This document shows, one piece after another, positions 20,270-32,241 of a DNA stretch of 64,000 nucleotides (position 1 is its first letter; every line of letters begins with the position of its first letter). Where the stretch lies: assembly GCA_965240325.2 (NCBI GenBank), contig OZ251227.1, forward strand, positions 2,728,001 to 2,792,000, given 5' to 3'. The notes under the pieces are model-generated. The model was given only the letters and a program-made list of their open reading frames with translations, was not told the DNA's origin and ran no database searches. Made by a program: the position numbers and the translations under genes. The DNA is from Rebecca billardiae RCC1528. Lineage: Eukaryota; Protista; Haptophyta.

Positions 20270-21835
20270 TCACTGGCCGGCGAGGGCCGCGAGGTCGTCC
20301 TCGCCCTCGCCGAGCTCCTCGTCCGACTCGTCGTCGTCGGCGTGGCCCGGCGTCACCACCCGGTAGCACTCGCCGTCGTCACCCAGGATGAGGGTCGCCT
20401 CGAGGCCAACGCTCACGGCGAGCGCGCGCACGCTCAGCGGGAGCACCGACCAGCGCGTGGGCGCGAGGGTTGTGCTCGCGGCCGCGAGCGCGGTCGCGTC
20501 GGGCGCGAGGGTGGCTGCGGCGTCCGGGCCGCACAGCGCGGAGGGCACGCCCTGCGGGATGTCCCCCCACGCCCAGAGCGCGCCCTGGTCGTCGATAGCC
20601 ACCGAGTGGTGGTGGCCGGCCGCGCACGCGACGATGCGCGCCTCGGCGCCGTCCGCGGCCGCGGCAAAGCGCACGCGCGCCGGCTCCGCGCGCGACGCCT
20701 CGTCACCCACGCCCAGGCGGCCGTGCTCGCCGGCGCCGCAGGCGTACAGCGCGCCATCGGACGCGAGGAACAGCGAGTGCCGCTCCCCCGCCGCCGCCTG
20801 CACGACGTGCACGCCCTCGAGCGCGCCGCGCACGCGCGCGGGCGCCTCGCGGCGCGCCTCCTCGCTGCCGCCGCCCAGCTGCCCATCCGCGCCGCAGCCG
20901 AACGCCCACACGGCGCCGGCGTCGTCGACGAGGAGCGAGTGGTCGTCGCCGGCCGACGCACGGACGACGTGCGCACGCCCGCGCAGCGCCTCGATCGGGC
21001 GGAGCGACGGGCAGCTCGCGCTGTCGCCGTGGCCGAGCCGGCCGGCGTGCCCCCAGCCCGCCGAATACACCGTCCCAGACGCCGTTACAAACATCGTGTG
21101 GGAGAAGCCAGCGGCGACGTCGACGACGTGCTCGCCGGCGAGCGCGGTGAGCGCGGTGGGCGCGTGCACGCTCTCTAGGTGGCCGAGGCCCAGCGCCCCG
21201 TCCGAGCCGTCGCCCCACGCGAAGCACTCGCCGTCCACCGTCGTGAGTACAGTGAAGCCGTCGCCGGCCGCGACCGCGGCGACCGGCACAGCCTCACGGC
21301 TCGCGCCGGCCGCGGCGGGCTCGCACGGGAGTGCGAGCTCGGGCGGCGCGGGAGCCGGCGTGTGCATGTGCGCCGGGCTCTTGCACGTCTCCTCCGCGCC
21401 CTCCACCGGCGCCGCCGGGGCCGCGTGCGCCGACTCAGCCGCCACTGCGTCGGCGACGAGCGCGCTCGCGGCGTCTGCAATCTCGCAGGGCGTCGGGAGC
21501 TCGGAGATGCGGTCGTCGGTGAGCACGAGGCTGCCGTTGGGCATGACGCGGGCGCAGTGGTTCGTGCCCGCCGCGATGCGCCGGCGGTGCTCGTCCGCGC
21601 GCTTGCGCGCCTCGACGAAATGCAGCGTGCGCGCGGCGCTCCATTCCTTCACCACGGGCGTGGGGATCTTGGCGTCGCGGCACGCGTGGTCGAGCGCGTC
21701 GGCGGAGAGGCGGGCGAAGGTCTGGCTCACTTGCGACGCGCGTGCCAGCCCGGCCGAGCCGAGGAAGCCCAGGCTGTGCGCGACGAGCTCCGCCGGGAGC
21801 TCGTCGATGAACTGCTGCGGCTGGAAGGCTGGCAT
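20270..21835 (-). CDS. F-box plus RCC1-repeat protein
   Basis: IDELPAELVAHSLGFL...LARASQVSQTF F-box. Repeated AAGxxH...GxVxxWG...GxLG RCC1 blades. Confidence 0.9.
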   Translation of the reverse strand: MPAFQPQQFIDELPAELVAHSLGFLGSAGLARASQVSQTFARLSADALDHACRDAKIPTPVVKEWSAARTLHFVEARKRADEHRRRIAAGTNHCARVMPNGSLVLTDDRISELPTPCEIADAASALVADAVAAESAHAAPAAPVEGAEETCKSPAHMHTPAPAPPELALPCEPAAAGASREAVPVAAVAAGDGFTVLTTVDGECFAWGDGSDGALGLGHLESVHAPTALTALAGEHVVDVAAGFSHTMFVTASGTVYSAGWGHAGRLGHGDSASCPSLRPIEALRGRAHVVRASAGDDHSLLVDDAGAVWAFGCGADGQLGGGSEEARREAPARVRGALEGVHVVQAAAGERHSLFLASDGALYACGAGEHGRLGVGDEASRAEPARVRFAAAADGAEARIVACAAGHHHSVAIDDQGALWAWGDIPQGVPSALCGPDAAATLAPDATALAAASTTLAPTRWSVLPLSVRALAVSVGLEATLILGDDGECYRVVTPGHADDDESDEELGEGEDDLAALAGQ

Positions 21836-22285
21836 CGTGACCCTGACCAACGGCTGATGCCCTCGAGCCAACTTGCTGATACCTGCCCTGCACCCGCCTT
21901 GATGCGCATCATCAGCGCGTAGTACTTTTCGTCAAATTCGGGGTCCGGCTTTGCAGTTGGGCGCGAACTTCGGCGCGTGGCCACAGCGGCCACACACTGG
22001 CTGATGACGCCAGCCGCGAGAACAGCCGGACACGGGAACAGCCAGACAACGGTTTATCAAAGTGGGACGCGTAACTGTCGAATAATCGCGAGCCGTCCGT
22101 CGTCGACTTTTAATGATTGGCGTCAGGCCACAAACTTGAGTCAGCAGTGGTCAGCAACCGAAGGAAGAACGGCGGGAGCGTTCAAAACGACAAAACCTGT
22201 TCGTCGTCTCAACGGCGCATGGCGCCCTGCTTGGAGCATTGAGGGTAACGGGCCCCTCGGACGAGCGTGCGTGCCCGCGACCGCC

Positions 22286-24465
22286 ATGGAGCACGAGCCG
22301 GGCGAGGCGCAGCCGAACGATCTGCCCGTCGCGCCACTGCTCGGCCCGTCCGAGCTCGCCGCCATCGTGTACGACACCATCTCCACGTCCAGCTTTGACG
22401 CGCAGGCATTCGCCGCTTCCGACGCCGGGCAGCAGCTCGACGCGTACCTGCGGCTGTGCGCCGTGCAGGGCTCGCTCGGCACGCTGATGGTGTCGTGGGA
22501 GCGGATCATTGAGACCTCCGTCGGCCAGTACTTCGACGAGGTCGCCTACTGGACGGCTGTCGCCGACGAGCTGTGCGCAGCGATCGGCGGCGACGGCGCG
22601 TTCGTGTGGGGCGTGCAGCGCAACGTTGTGCGCGAGCCGAGCCACCTGTGGCTGCTCGCCGCGGGCGGGCCGGCGGGGCACGTGCATCTCACCGAGTCGG
22701 GCGAGCGCGCCGGCGACCTCGCGCCGCTGCTCGGCGAGCGCATGCCGCTCGACGGCGCGAACGGCCGCGCGGCGCTCACGCTCGAACCTGTGCTGATCGC
22801 CGATGTCACGCAGGCGGGCCGGGGCACGCACGAGCTGTACTCGCGCGAGTACCGCGCGCTGCACAGGAAGGCGGGGCTGGATGTGGTCTCGATGATCTCC
22901 GTGCCCGCCCTCGAGCGCGACGGCGCCGTCGCGCACGTCGTCCTCGACGTGTACCGCGAGAGCGCCGCCGCGGCCGCGACCAGCGGCCGGTCCAGACCTG
23001 CGACCGCGCGCCGGCGGCGGCCCGAGTCGCCGAGCGGCGCGGCGCACGGGCCGCCCACGCGGAGCGCGAGCCAGGAGCCGACGGCGGACGTCACGCCGGG
23101 CGGCGCGCCGAAGGGGCGCCCGCGCCCGAGCACGGCGTGCGCGCGGAGCACGCGCATCTCGAGCGCGCTCCTCTTAGCCGACGCGTCGAGCCGCTCGGCC
23201 CGGCTGAGCGAGACGCTGCCTCCGCCCTCGAGCGGCGGCGCCGTCAGCGCCGTGGGCTCGGCCGGCGGTGCTGGCGGCCGCGACGGCGCCGCTGCCGCGG
23301 CGGGCAGCCCAGCAGCCGACGAGCAGAGCGACCGCAGCGCGACGCCCGGCTGGGCGGACGAGCTCGACGCGCCGCTCGGCGCGTATGACCAGTGGGAACT
23401 GACGCTCGCGCGCGTTTTGTGCCCTCTCGCCATGTCGGCGTACCAGGCGCACGTCGAGCGCAAGCTGGACGCGCTGATGCACGAGTTCGCCGAGAAGGGC
23501 GTGGGCTCGTCCTCGCTCGTCGAGCTCGAGCGGGCGATGGTGCACTGCCTGGGGCGCGCGCTCGGCGCGGAGAGCGTGAGCGTCTTGCTCGCGGACGCGG
23601 GCGACGACGGCGCCGGCGGCGCGCTGGGCGCGAGCGCGGGCGGCCGCTGCACGACGATTCCAGGCGCCATGCAGCACCACCTGCAGCGGCGCGTGTCCTT
23701 CGGGCTGCGCTCGCCCTCGCTCTCCGCGCCCTCGACCGCCAGCGTCGATCGGCTATGGGTGCCCTCGCGCGCGCACTGGAGCGTCAGCGTCGACTCGCGC
23801 TCGCTCGCGTGCGAGTGCGCGCGCCGCTCGCGCAAGCCTGAGGCATTCGACATGGGCTGGTCTCCCGTCGCGATGGTGGACGACGTGACGCAGGCCGAGG
23901 GGTACGAGCCGTCGATCGACGGCGCGAGCGCGCCCACGCGCACGCTGATGAGCGCGCCCATCCTCTCGCCGCGCGACGGGCGGCTGCTCGCGGTGCTGCT
24001 CGTCCGGAACAGGCGCCCCGCCTTCTCGCAAGAGCCAGACCGGGACGGGGCCGCCTCTGCACTGCCGTGGCGCTCGTTCCCGGACGAGTACATGCTGAGC
24101 GTGTTCGTGCACCAGTGCGCCGCGCTCCTCGAGGCGGAGTACGTCGCGCACGCCGCGCGCTCGACGCTCGCGGCGCAGACGACCGCGAGCGAGCGCGTCG
24201 TCGAGGCGAGCCTCGCCGTGAGCGCGACGCTCGCCGACGACACGATGCGCATCCCGCAGCTCAGCTCGCTGCTCATCGAGCAGGCGTGCCAGCTGCTCTC
24301 GTGCGAGCGGGCGGTGCTGTACCTGAGGACGGACGGCGCGCGCGCGGAGGGCGGCGCGGCGGACGCGTCGGAGGGCGCCTCGCCGCTCACGGCCGCGCTC
24401 GCGCTGGGCATCGGCCAAGACACCGATGCCGAGTCCGGCACCGACTCGAGCCCCACGCCCCTGTT

Positions 24466-24498
<33 letters not shown>

Positions 24499-25102
24499 GT
24501 CCGAGGGCGGGCTTTCGGCCAAGGAGCTCGAGGCGGAGGCGGCCGAGGCGCGCGCGTTCACGGGCAACCAGCTGCGCCACCTGCTCGACGACGCCGCCGG
24601 CGCGGCGGCGGACGAGGCGCTGCGCCGCTCCGAGCAGGGCGAGGAGGTGGTGGCGGTGGCCGAGAGCGCGCGCACCGCCGCCGCGACGCTCACGCGCACG
24701 CGCACGGCCGAGTCGCTGCAGGTGCCGCTCTCGGGCGCCACCATCCCGGGCGCGTGCGTGCTCGACCGCGCCGCCGAGTGCGTCGTCGACGCGCCGTCCC
24801 ACCCAAAGTTCGACCCGTGGCTCGACCTGCTGCTCGGCGCGGGGCACGTGACGCGCACGCTGCTCGCGATCCCGATGGTCGACGTGGCGCGCGACCGGTG
24901 CATCGGCTGCCTCCTCGCGGTGAACAAAACGGCCGCCCCTGAGCAGGACGTCGCCGACGGCGCCGGCGCGCGCTTCGACGGGGGCGACGTGGAGGTGGGC
25001 ACGACCTTTGGCGCGCTCTGCGCGCTCGCGCTGCTGCAGGCCAAGGCGCGCGAGGCGGTCGGCTTCCGCTCCCGTGCCTTCAGCCTGTCCTCCGAATTGT
25101 AG
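22286..25102 (+). CDS. Tandem (three) GAF-domain protein with no catalytic domain
   Basis: VSMISVP, TRTLMSAPI...LLAVLLVRNR...FPDE and DAPSHPKFDP...TRTLLAIPM...IGCLLAVNK...FDGGD are PDE-type GAF motifs. Confidence 0.8.
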
Positions 25103-25371
25103 AATGTAGTATGCATCTATAGTAGTTACTCAAGTTAGCTTGATTGGCGCGCAGATTCTCATACCGTATATATATATGGCGCGCAGATTCTCGCTCGCAG
25201 TAGTCAAGGCGTCGCCTGAGGCTGAGACGACGCCCGAGATGTGACTGGCAGTGGCTATAGCGCAGCTCATCAATATCATTGACGATGATGCTGACGACGA
25301 TGACACTGCCGTCGTAATTCACGTCGATCGATCGACGTCAGGACGACCCCTGAGCCTGCCAGCCTGCGGGA

Positions 25372-28300
25372 TCAGTCCGATTTCTCGCGCGTGATGGCGA
25401 CTGGCCTGACGACGGGCTCGACGGTGCCGCCAATGCCAGGGCTCAGCACCAGCTCCGACGACGGCTCGTCGCGCCCGAGCCGCGGCAGCCACGCCACGAG
25501 CCGGCCGCCGAGCAGCTGCGCCACGGCCGTGAGCGGCTCAACCACGCCGAGCCGGAGCCCGAGGCACACGCCCCACGCGCGCAGCAGCCGCCCGCGCCAC
25601 AGCGCCGGCTCGCGGAGCGCCGGCAGCCCGAAGCGCGCGCCGCCGAGCGAGAGCGCGATGAGCGCCGCGCCGGGCAGGAGCAGCGCGCCGCCGTGCACGG
25701 CCCACAGGAGCGCGCGCCGCCATGGCTTGACGCGTCGGCCCCACCAGTGCGCGCGCAGCAGCTGCCGCGCCGACAGCCCCACGTGCGCGCGCACGCGCGC
25801 GCTCGCCGGCGGCACGGCGCCGCCGGTGCCGGATGCCGCCTCCGCCTCCGCGGCCGCCTCGCCGCGCGCCCAGCGGTACGCGCCCAGGGCGGCGCGCGCC
25901 GCGGCGTCGGGCGCGAGCACCACCTCGGAGAGGGCGGCCGGGCTGCCGTCGGCGTGGGGCGAGCGGTACTCCACCTCGACCATCTTGGTGTTCTGCTCGT
26001 CGTGCGCCGCGCGTCCGCGCGCGCCGCCGCGCAGCCGCGCCAGCCACGGCAGCCGGCTGGGCGCGTCCGCGCGCGCTCGCTCGCGCAGCGCGCGCGCGCG
26101 GTGCAGCACCGCGCCCAGAGCCGCCTCGGCCTCGTGCAGCGGCGCGGGGGCGACGCGGTGCACGAGCTCGGCGTGCACGAAGCGCACGTCGGGGAGCGCG
26201 CTGTCCACGTCCAGCGCGCGCTCCACCCGCCGCGGCGCGCGCGGCTGCCTGCTGCCGAGCACGTTCTCCACAATCGACCCGCGGCGCTCCGCCTCCGCCT
26301 CCGCCTCGGCCGCCGCCGCGGCGCGCTTGCGCCGCGCGTGCACGCCGGAGACGAAGAAGCCGACGTGGAGCGCGTTGCGCGTGGGCACGGAGACGAGGGC
26401 CTCCTGCGGCATCCGCAGCACGAAGCTGAAGCCGTCGGCCGCGGGCGCCTTCAGCCGGCGCCACGGCTCCACGGACTCGCCCGGCGGCAGCAGCAGCACG
26501 GGGCGCGCGTAAAGCAGCACGCGCCCTCCGCTGCCGCGCGCGCCGGCAAAGCTGCTGCCGACGCTCTTGAACGACTCGCGCTCGTTGGCGCGCGGCGGCG
26601 GCGGCGGCGGCGCGGGCCGGTGAGCGGCGGCGCGCGCCGCGCGCGCGCGGTGCGAGCGCGAGGCGGAGTCGTCCTCGATGGCGGCGGCGGCGCCGTCCGC
26701 GTCGGATGGACGCGACGCGCGGTGCGCGCGCCGCGACGCCTCCGCGCGCCGCCGCTCCTCCGGGGTGAGCAGTGCGCGGCGGCGCGCGGCCCAGACGCTG
26801 AGGGCGAAGAGCGCGTGCGCGCCGAGCGAGGACGCGCCGATCGCCGGCAGCGCGCCGAGCAGCGCGCCCGCCGGCCACGGCGGCAGCAGCCCGAGCCCGA
26901 GGCCGACCGCGAGAACGAGCAGCTCCAGCAGGCAACCGACCGCGGCTGCGCTCAGACGGTGCACGCTGCGCACGGGCTCGCCGGGGAGCCGCATGAGCCA
27001 CGCGGTGAGGGTGGAGTGGCGCAGGAGCGCGACGAGCGCGCGTAGTGCCACCGAGCCGCGCGCCAGCCGCGCCCACGCCGGCAGCACCGGCTCCGACTCG
27101 ACCAGCCGGTCGACGCGCGCGCCGACGGCACACAGCAGCAGCGCGAACGCGCACGGCGCGCCCACCAGCGCCACCGCCCACAAGTTGGGCCGCAGCGCGT
27201 CGGGGCCGCCGGGCAGCTCCTGCCGGGAGGCGGAGAGGTCGAGCTCGTCGTCGGCGCCGTCGGCGTCGGCCGGCGGCGAGGGCGGCGGGCTCGGCGCGCC
27301 CGCGGCCGCCGCCGCCATCGCCGCCACCATCTGCGCCTGCGCGTCGCTCAGCTCAGCGAGCGCCGCCGGGCCGCCGACGGAGCCGGCGGCGACGCCGGCG
27401 ACGAGCACGCTGCCGCGAGCCTGCGCGAGCCTCGACGCGTCGGCGAGCGCCTCGGCGGTCGCAGCGGGGCTGAGCTGCGTCATCTCGAGTGCCTGCGGGG
27501 TGCCGCCGCCGCGTGGGCGGCGCGCGTGGGCGGCGCGCGTGGGCGGCGCGCGGCGGCGGCGCGCGGCGGCCACGCACGGTGCTGGCGACGGCGCCAAGGG
27601 TGCTGAGCGAGCGCTTCATCACGCCGAGGGGCTCGGCCGTGTCGTTGCGCGTGCTGTTCACGCCCGCCTCGCCACCGAGCGCGCGCAGCGCCGCGTGCGC
27701 CACAGCCTCCAGCGTCGCCGCCTCCTGCGCGCGCGCACGGCGCGCGGCGCGGGTGCCGGCCGCGGCGGCGGCGGTGCCCGCCTCAGCCGCACGGACGGTG
27801 GTGTGCAGCGCAGGGCACGGCGGCCGCGCGCGGCGCGTCGCGCGCGCGCGCAGGAGGCGTCGACGCTGGAGGCGGTACCGCACGCGGGCGCTGCGCTGCG
27901 TGCGCTCGGTGGCAACGGGAAGCGGAGACTCACCACCAGAACCTGCGTCGGCCCAGCCGCGCCCGTCCGGGCCAAAGAATCCGGGGCGGTCCCGGCTCCG
28001 GCGCCGTCAGCGTCTGTGCCGTTCGGTAGCGTGGCCGAGGCGAGCAGCTCGGCGCCGCGCGCGGTGAAGGCCGCGGCGAGCGCCTCCGTCGCCGCGGTGG
28101 CGGCCGCGTAGGTCTCGTTGGCGGCGCGCTGCGCGCCTGGCGCGGGCGAGGGCAGCAGCAACGCGGCGGCCAGCTCCGCGGCGTGCAACGTCGCACTCAC
28201 CACCTGCGCGATCGCGCCGATCACCGTGATGGCGAGGGCGCGCTCCGCCGCGTCGGGCTCCGCTCCGCCCGACTCCTGCGATGGCGCGCGCCGAGCGGAG

Positions 28301-29160
28301 GGTCGTGGGGAGAACGGGCGCGCACGCGCGCGCGCACGCAGCACGCGCGCGTCGTCAGCTCAGAGGGTCCGCGGCAGCGGCGCAGCGCGCGCGCGCATCG
28401 CTGCGCACGCCGCCGCCGCGCATCGGCGGCCCGCCGCGCATGCCGCCGCCGCGCGTCGGCGCACCTGCAGCGCGCGGAACGGGTCGTACTCGCCCAGCGC
28501 AGCCACCGCGCTCAGCTGCGCCAGCCCCATGCCCGCGAGCAGCTCGGCCTCCGCGCTCGGCCCCGGCGGCGCGAGCGCCAGCAGCGTGCTCAGCGGCGAG
28601 AGGGTCGTCGAGGCCGCGCGCGCCTGCAGCGGCAGGCGCGGCGGGAGTCCGGTCGAGACGTCGACGCAGTCCGGGCTTCTGTCCGGCTGCAGGCGGACGG
28701 TGACGGCGGTCGCGTTCACGCCGGGCGGCAGCGCGGTGTCGCCCGCCAGCTCGAGCTCGTAGTACCCCTGCGCCGCCGTGAGCGCGAGCGCCTCGCTCGC
28801 CTCGTCGTGCACGCCGTCGCCGTCCACGTCCGCGAACACGGCGCACCCGACGAGGTAACCATCGTACGCGTGTCCGCACAGCCGCACGCGCGCGGTGCCG
28901 GCGAGCTGCTGGTTGCACGCGCGCCGCCCTTGGGAGGAGCACCCTTGCGGGCTGGTGCGGCCCTCGCAGCCCACTGGCGGCGAGCTCGGGGGCGGCTGGC
29001 TTGGCGGCGGGCTCGGCGGTGGCGGAGGCGGCGGGCTCGGCGGCGGCGGGCTCGGCGGTGGCGGCGGCGGCGGGCTCGGTGGCGGTGGGCTGGGCGGCGG
29101 GCTCGGCGGTGGCGGCGGCGGCGGGCTGGGCGGCGGTGGGCTCGGCGGCGGGCTCGGCGG

Positions 29161-29193
<33 letters not shown>

Positions 29194-29442
29194 CGGCGGC
29201 GGGCTCGGCGGCGGCGGCGGCGGCGGTCTCGGCGGCGGCGGACTCGGCGGTGGCGGCGGCGGCGGTCTCGGCGGCGGTGGGCTCGGCGGCGGGCTCGGCG
29301 GCGGCGGCGGCGGCGGTCTCGGCGGCGGTGGGCTGGGCGGTGGGCTCGGCGGTGGCGGCGGCGGCGGGCTGGGCGGCGGTGGGCTCGGCGGTGGCGGCGG
29401 AGGCGGGCTGGGCGGCGGTGGGCTCGGCGGCGGGCTCGGCGG

Positions 29443-29475
<33 letters not shown>

Positions 29476-29725
29476 CGGCGGCGGGCTCGGCGGCGGCGGC
29501 GGCGGCGGGCTCGGCGGCGGCGGACTCGGCGGTGGCGGCGGCGGCGGTCTCGGCGGCGGTGGGCTCGGCGGCGGGCTCGGCGGCGGCGGCGGCGGCGGTC
29601 TCGGCGGCGGTGGGCTGGGCGGTGGGCTCGGCGGTGGCGGCGGCGGCGGGCTGAGCGGCGGTGGGCTCGGCGGTGGCGGCGGCGGCGGGCTGGGCGGCGG
29701 TGGGCTCGGCGGCGGGCTCGGCGGT

Positions 29726-29757
<32 letters not shown>

Positions 29758-29929
29758 CGGCGGCGGGCTCGGCGGTGGCGGTGGCGGCGGGCTCGGCGGT
29801 GGCGGCGGCGGCGGGCTCGGCGGCGGTGGGCTGGGCGGCGGTGGGCTCGGCGGCGGCGGCGGCGGCGGGCTCGGCGGCGGCGGCGGCAGCGGGCTCGGCG
29901 GCGGCGGGCTGGGCGGTGGGCTCGGCGGT

Positions 29930-29961
<32 letters not shown>

Positions 29962-30082
29962 CGGCGGCGGGCTCGGCGGCGGCGGTGGCGGCGGGCTCGG
30001 CGGCGGCGGGCTCGGCGGCGGGCTCGGCGGTGGCGGCGGCGGCAGGCTGGGCGGCGGTGGGCTCGGCGGCGGGCTCGGCGGT

Positions 30083-30114
<32 letters not shown>

Positions 30115-32241
30115 GGGCGGCGGTGGGCTCGGCGGTGGCGGCGGCGGCGGGCTCGGCGGCGGCGGCGGCGGCGGGCTCGGCGGCGGTGGGCTGGGCGGTG
30201 GGCTCGGCGGTGGCGGCGGCGGCGGGCTGGGCGGCGGCGGGCTCGGCGGCGGGCTCGGCGGCGGCGGCGGCGGCGGGCTGGGCGGCGGTGGGCTCGGCGG
30301 TGGCGGCGGCGGCGGGCTCGGCGGCGGTGGGCTCGGCGGCGGGCTCGGCGGCGGCGGCGGCGGCGGGCTCGGAGGCGGTGGGCTGGGCGGTGGGCTCGGC
30401 GGTGGCGGCGGCGGCGGGCTGGGCGGCGGTGGGCTTGGCGGTGGCGGCGGCGGCGGGCTGGGCGGCGGTGGGCTCGGAGGCGGGCTGGGCGGTGGCGGCG
30501 GCGGCGGGCTCGGCGGCGGTGGGCTCGGCGGCGGCGGCGGCGGCGGCGGCGGCGGGCTCGGCGGCGGTGGGCTGGGCGGCGGGCTCGGCGGCGGCGGCGG
30601 CGGCGGGCTGGGCGGCGGCGGGCTCGGCGGTGGCGGCGGCGGCGGGCTCGGCGGCGGTGGGCTCGGCGGCGGGCTCGGCGGTGGCGGCGGCGGCGGGCTC
30701 GGCGGCGGTGGGCTCGGCGGCGGGCTCGGCGGCGGCGGTGGCGGCGGGCTGGGCGGTGGCGGGCTCGGCGGTGGCGGCGGCGGCGGGCTCGGCGGCGGTG
30801 GGCTCGGCGGCGGGCTCGGCGGCGGCGGCGGCGGCGGGCTGGGCGGTGGCGGGCTCGGCGGTGGCGGCGGCGGCGGGCTCGGCGGCGGTGGGCTCGGCGG
30901 CGGGCTCGGCGGTGGCGGCGGCGGCGGGCTCGGCGGCGGTGGGCTGGGCGGCGGGCTCGGCGGAGGCGGAGGTGGTGGGCTTGGTGGCGGGGGACTGGGC
31001 GGTGGCCCCGGTGGCGGCGAGGGCGGCGGCGGAGGGCTCGGCGGCGGTGAGGGTGGCGGGCTCGGCGGCGGCGGCGGTGGGGGCGGCAGGCTCGGCGGCG
31101 GCGGGCTGGGTGGCGGGCTCGGTGGTGGGCTCGGCGAAGGCGGCGGGCTCGGCGGCGGCGAGGGCGGAGGCGGAGGGCTGGGTGGCGGCGAGGGTGGCGG
31201 GCTCGGCGACGGCGGCGGTGGGGGCGGCGGGCTCGGCGGCGGCGGGCTGGGTGGCGGGCTCGGTGGTGGGCTCGGCGAAGGCGGCGGGCTCGGCGGCGGC
31301 GAGGGCGGAGGCGGAGGGCTGGGTGGCGGTGAGGGTGGCGGGCTCGGCGGCGGCGGCGGTGGGGGCGGCGGGCTCGGCGGCGGCGGGCTGGGTGGCGGGC
31401 TCGGTGGTGGGCTCGGCGAAGGCGGCGGGCTCGGTGGCGGCGAGGGCGGAGGCGGAGGGCTGGGTGGCGGTGAGGGTGGCGGGCTCGGCGGCGGCGGCGG
31501 TGGGGGCGGCGGGCTCGGCGGCGGCGGGCTCGGTGGCGGCGAGGGCGGAGGCGGAGGGCTGGGTGGCGGTGAGGGTGGCGGGCTCGGCGGCGGCGGCGGT
31601 GGGGGCGGCGGGCTCGGCGGCGGCGGGCTGGGTGGCGGGCTTGGCAGTGGGCTCGGCGAAGGCGGTGGGCTCGGTGGCGGGTTTGGTGGTGGGCTCGGCG
31701 AAGGCGGCGGCGGGCTCGGCGAAGGCGGCGGCGGGCGCGGCGAAGGCGGCGGGCTGGATTGGGGTGGTGGCGGCGATGGCGGCGGGCTTGGGGTTGGCAG
31801 CGGGGGATCACAGCCCGTCATCGAGAGCGTGTAGGTTCCCTCGTTGGAGGAGTAGCCCTCGATCATGACCACGTAATCAGTCCCCTGGGGCACCGTGTAC
31901 GCGATCGCCGAAGTCGTACCACAACCACCGTCATCGTTCATGGCGAGGGCTGTACCGCCGGTGTCGGGGCAGCCCGAATAAAGGACCATGAACGTGTCGA
32001 AGTCCGAGCCGCACAAGCTGAATGTAACCTCACCGTATCCGCGCACCCGGTAGAAGTGCTCGCCCGACGGAAAACCAGCAATCGAGCTGGCGCCGACAGT
32101 CGAGCCTGTAGGTGACACACCGCAGTGGATCTCACCTTGAATAATGCAAGCGAGGGCCTGCGGGGCGAGTGCACTCAAGCACAAGGCAGCCTGCACCAGC
32201 GCGCCACTCACGCGAGCGATGCGAGGATGATGGGCGGGCAT
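25372..32241 (-). CDS. Giant cell-surface protein, about 2128 aa: signal peptide, PPC-like domain, ~940-aa Ser-Pro(3-8) extensin-like stalk, bacterial adhesin-like domain, polycystin-1-like TM region. Exons 32241-28465, 28275-27934, 27724-27578, 27492-25372
   Basis: All four exons join in phase 0 across GT-AG introns. SLCGSDFDT..LY...NDD..CG..S (PPC-like). DGYLVGCAVFADVDGDG...LSPLSTLL. Multiple C-terminal TM helices. Confidence 0.8.
28975..31800. repeat. Coding (CCG)n-based low-complexity repeat (SPPPP stalk) with a 141-bp higher-order unit at about 31020-31600
   Basis: The marker ggtgggggcggc recurs at 31076, 31217, 31358 and 31499 (141-bp spacing). Confidence 0.95.

Noticed and set aside
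20270-21835. UVR8 photoreceptor
   Set aside because: Lacks the repeated GWRHT tryptophan motifs and has an F-box; a generic RCC1-repeat protein.
28183-31868. Long poly-Gly, poly-Arg and poly-Ala ORFs (955, 979, 1031 and 735 aa)
   Set aside because: Alternative-frame and antisense shadows of the (CCG)n SPPPP stalk. Only the Pro frame has a signal peptide and flanking domains.
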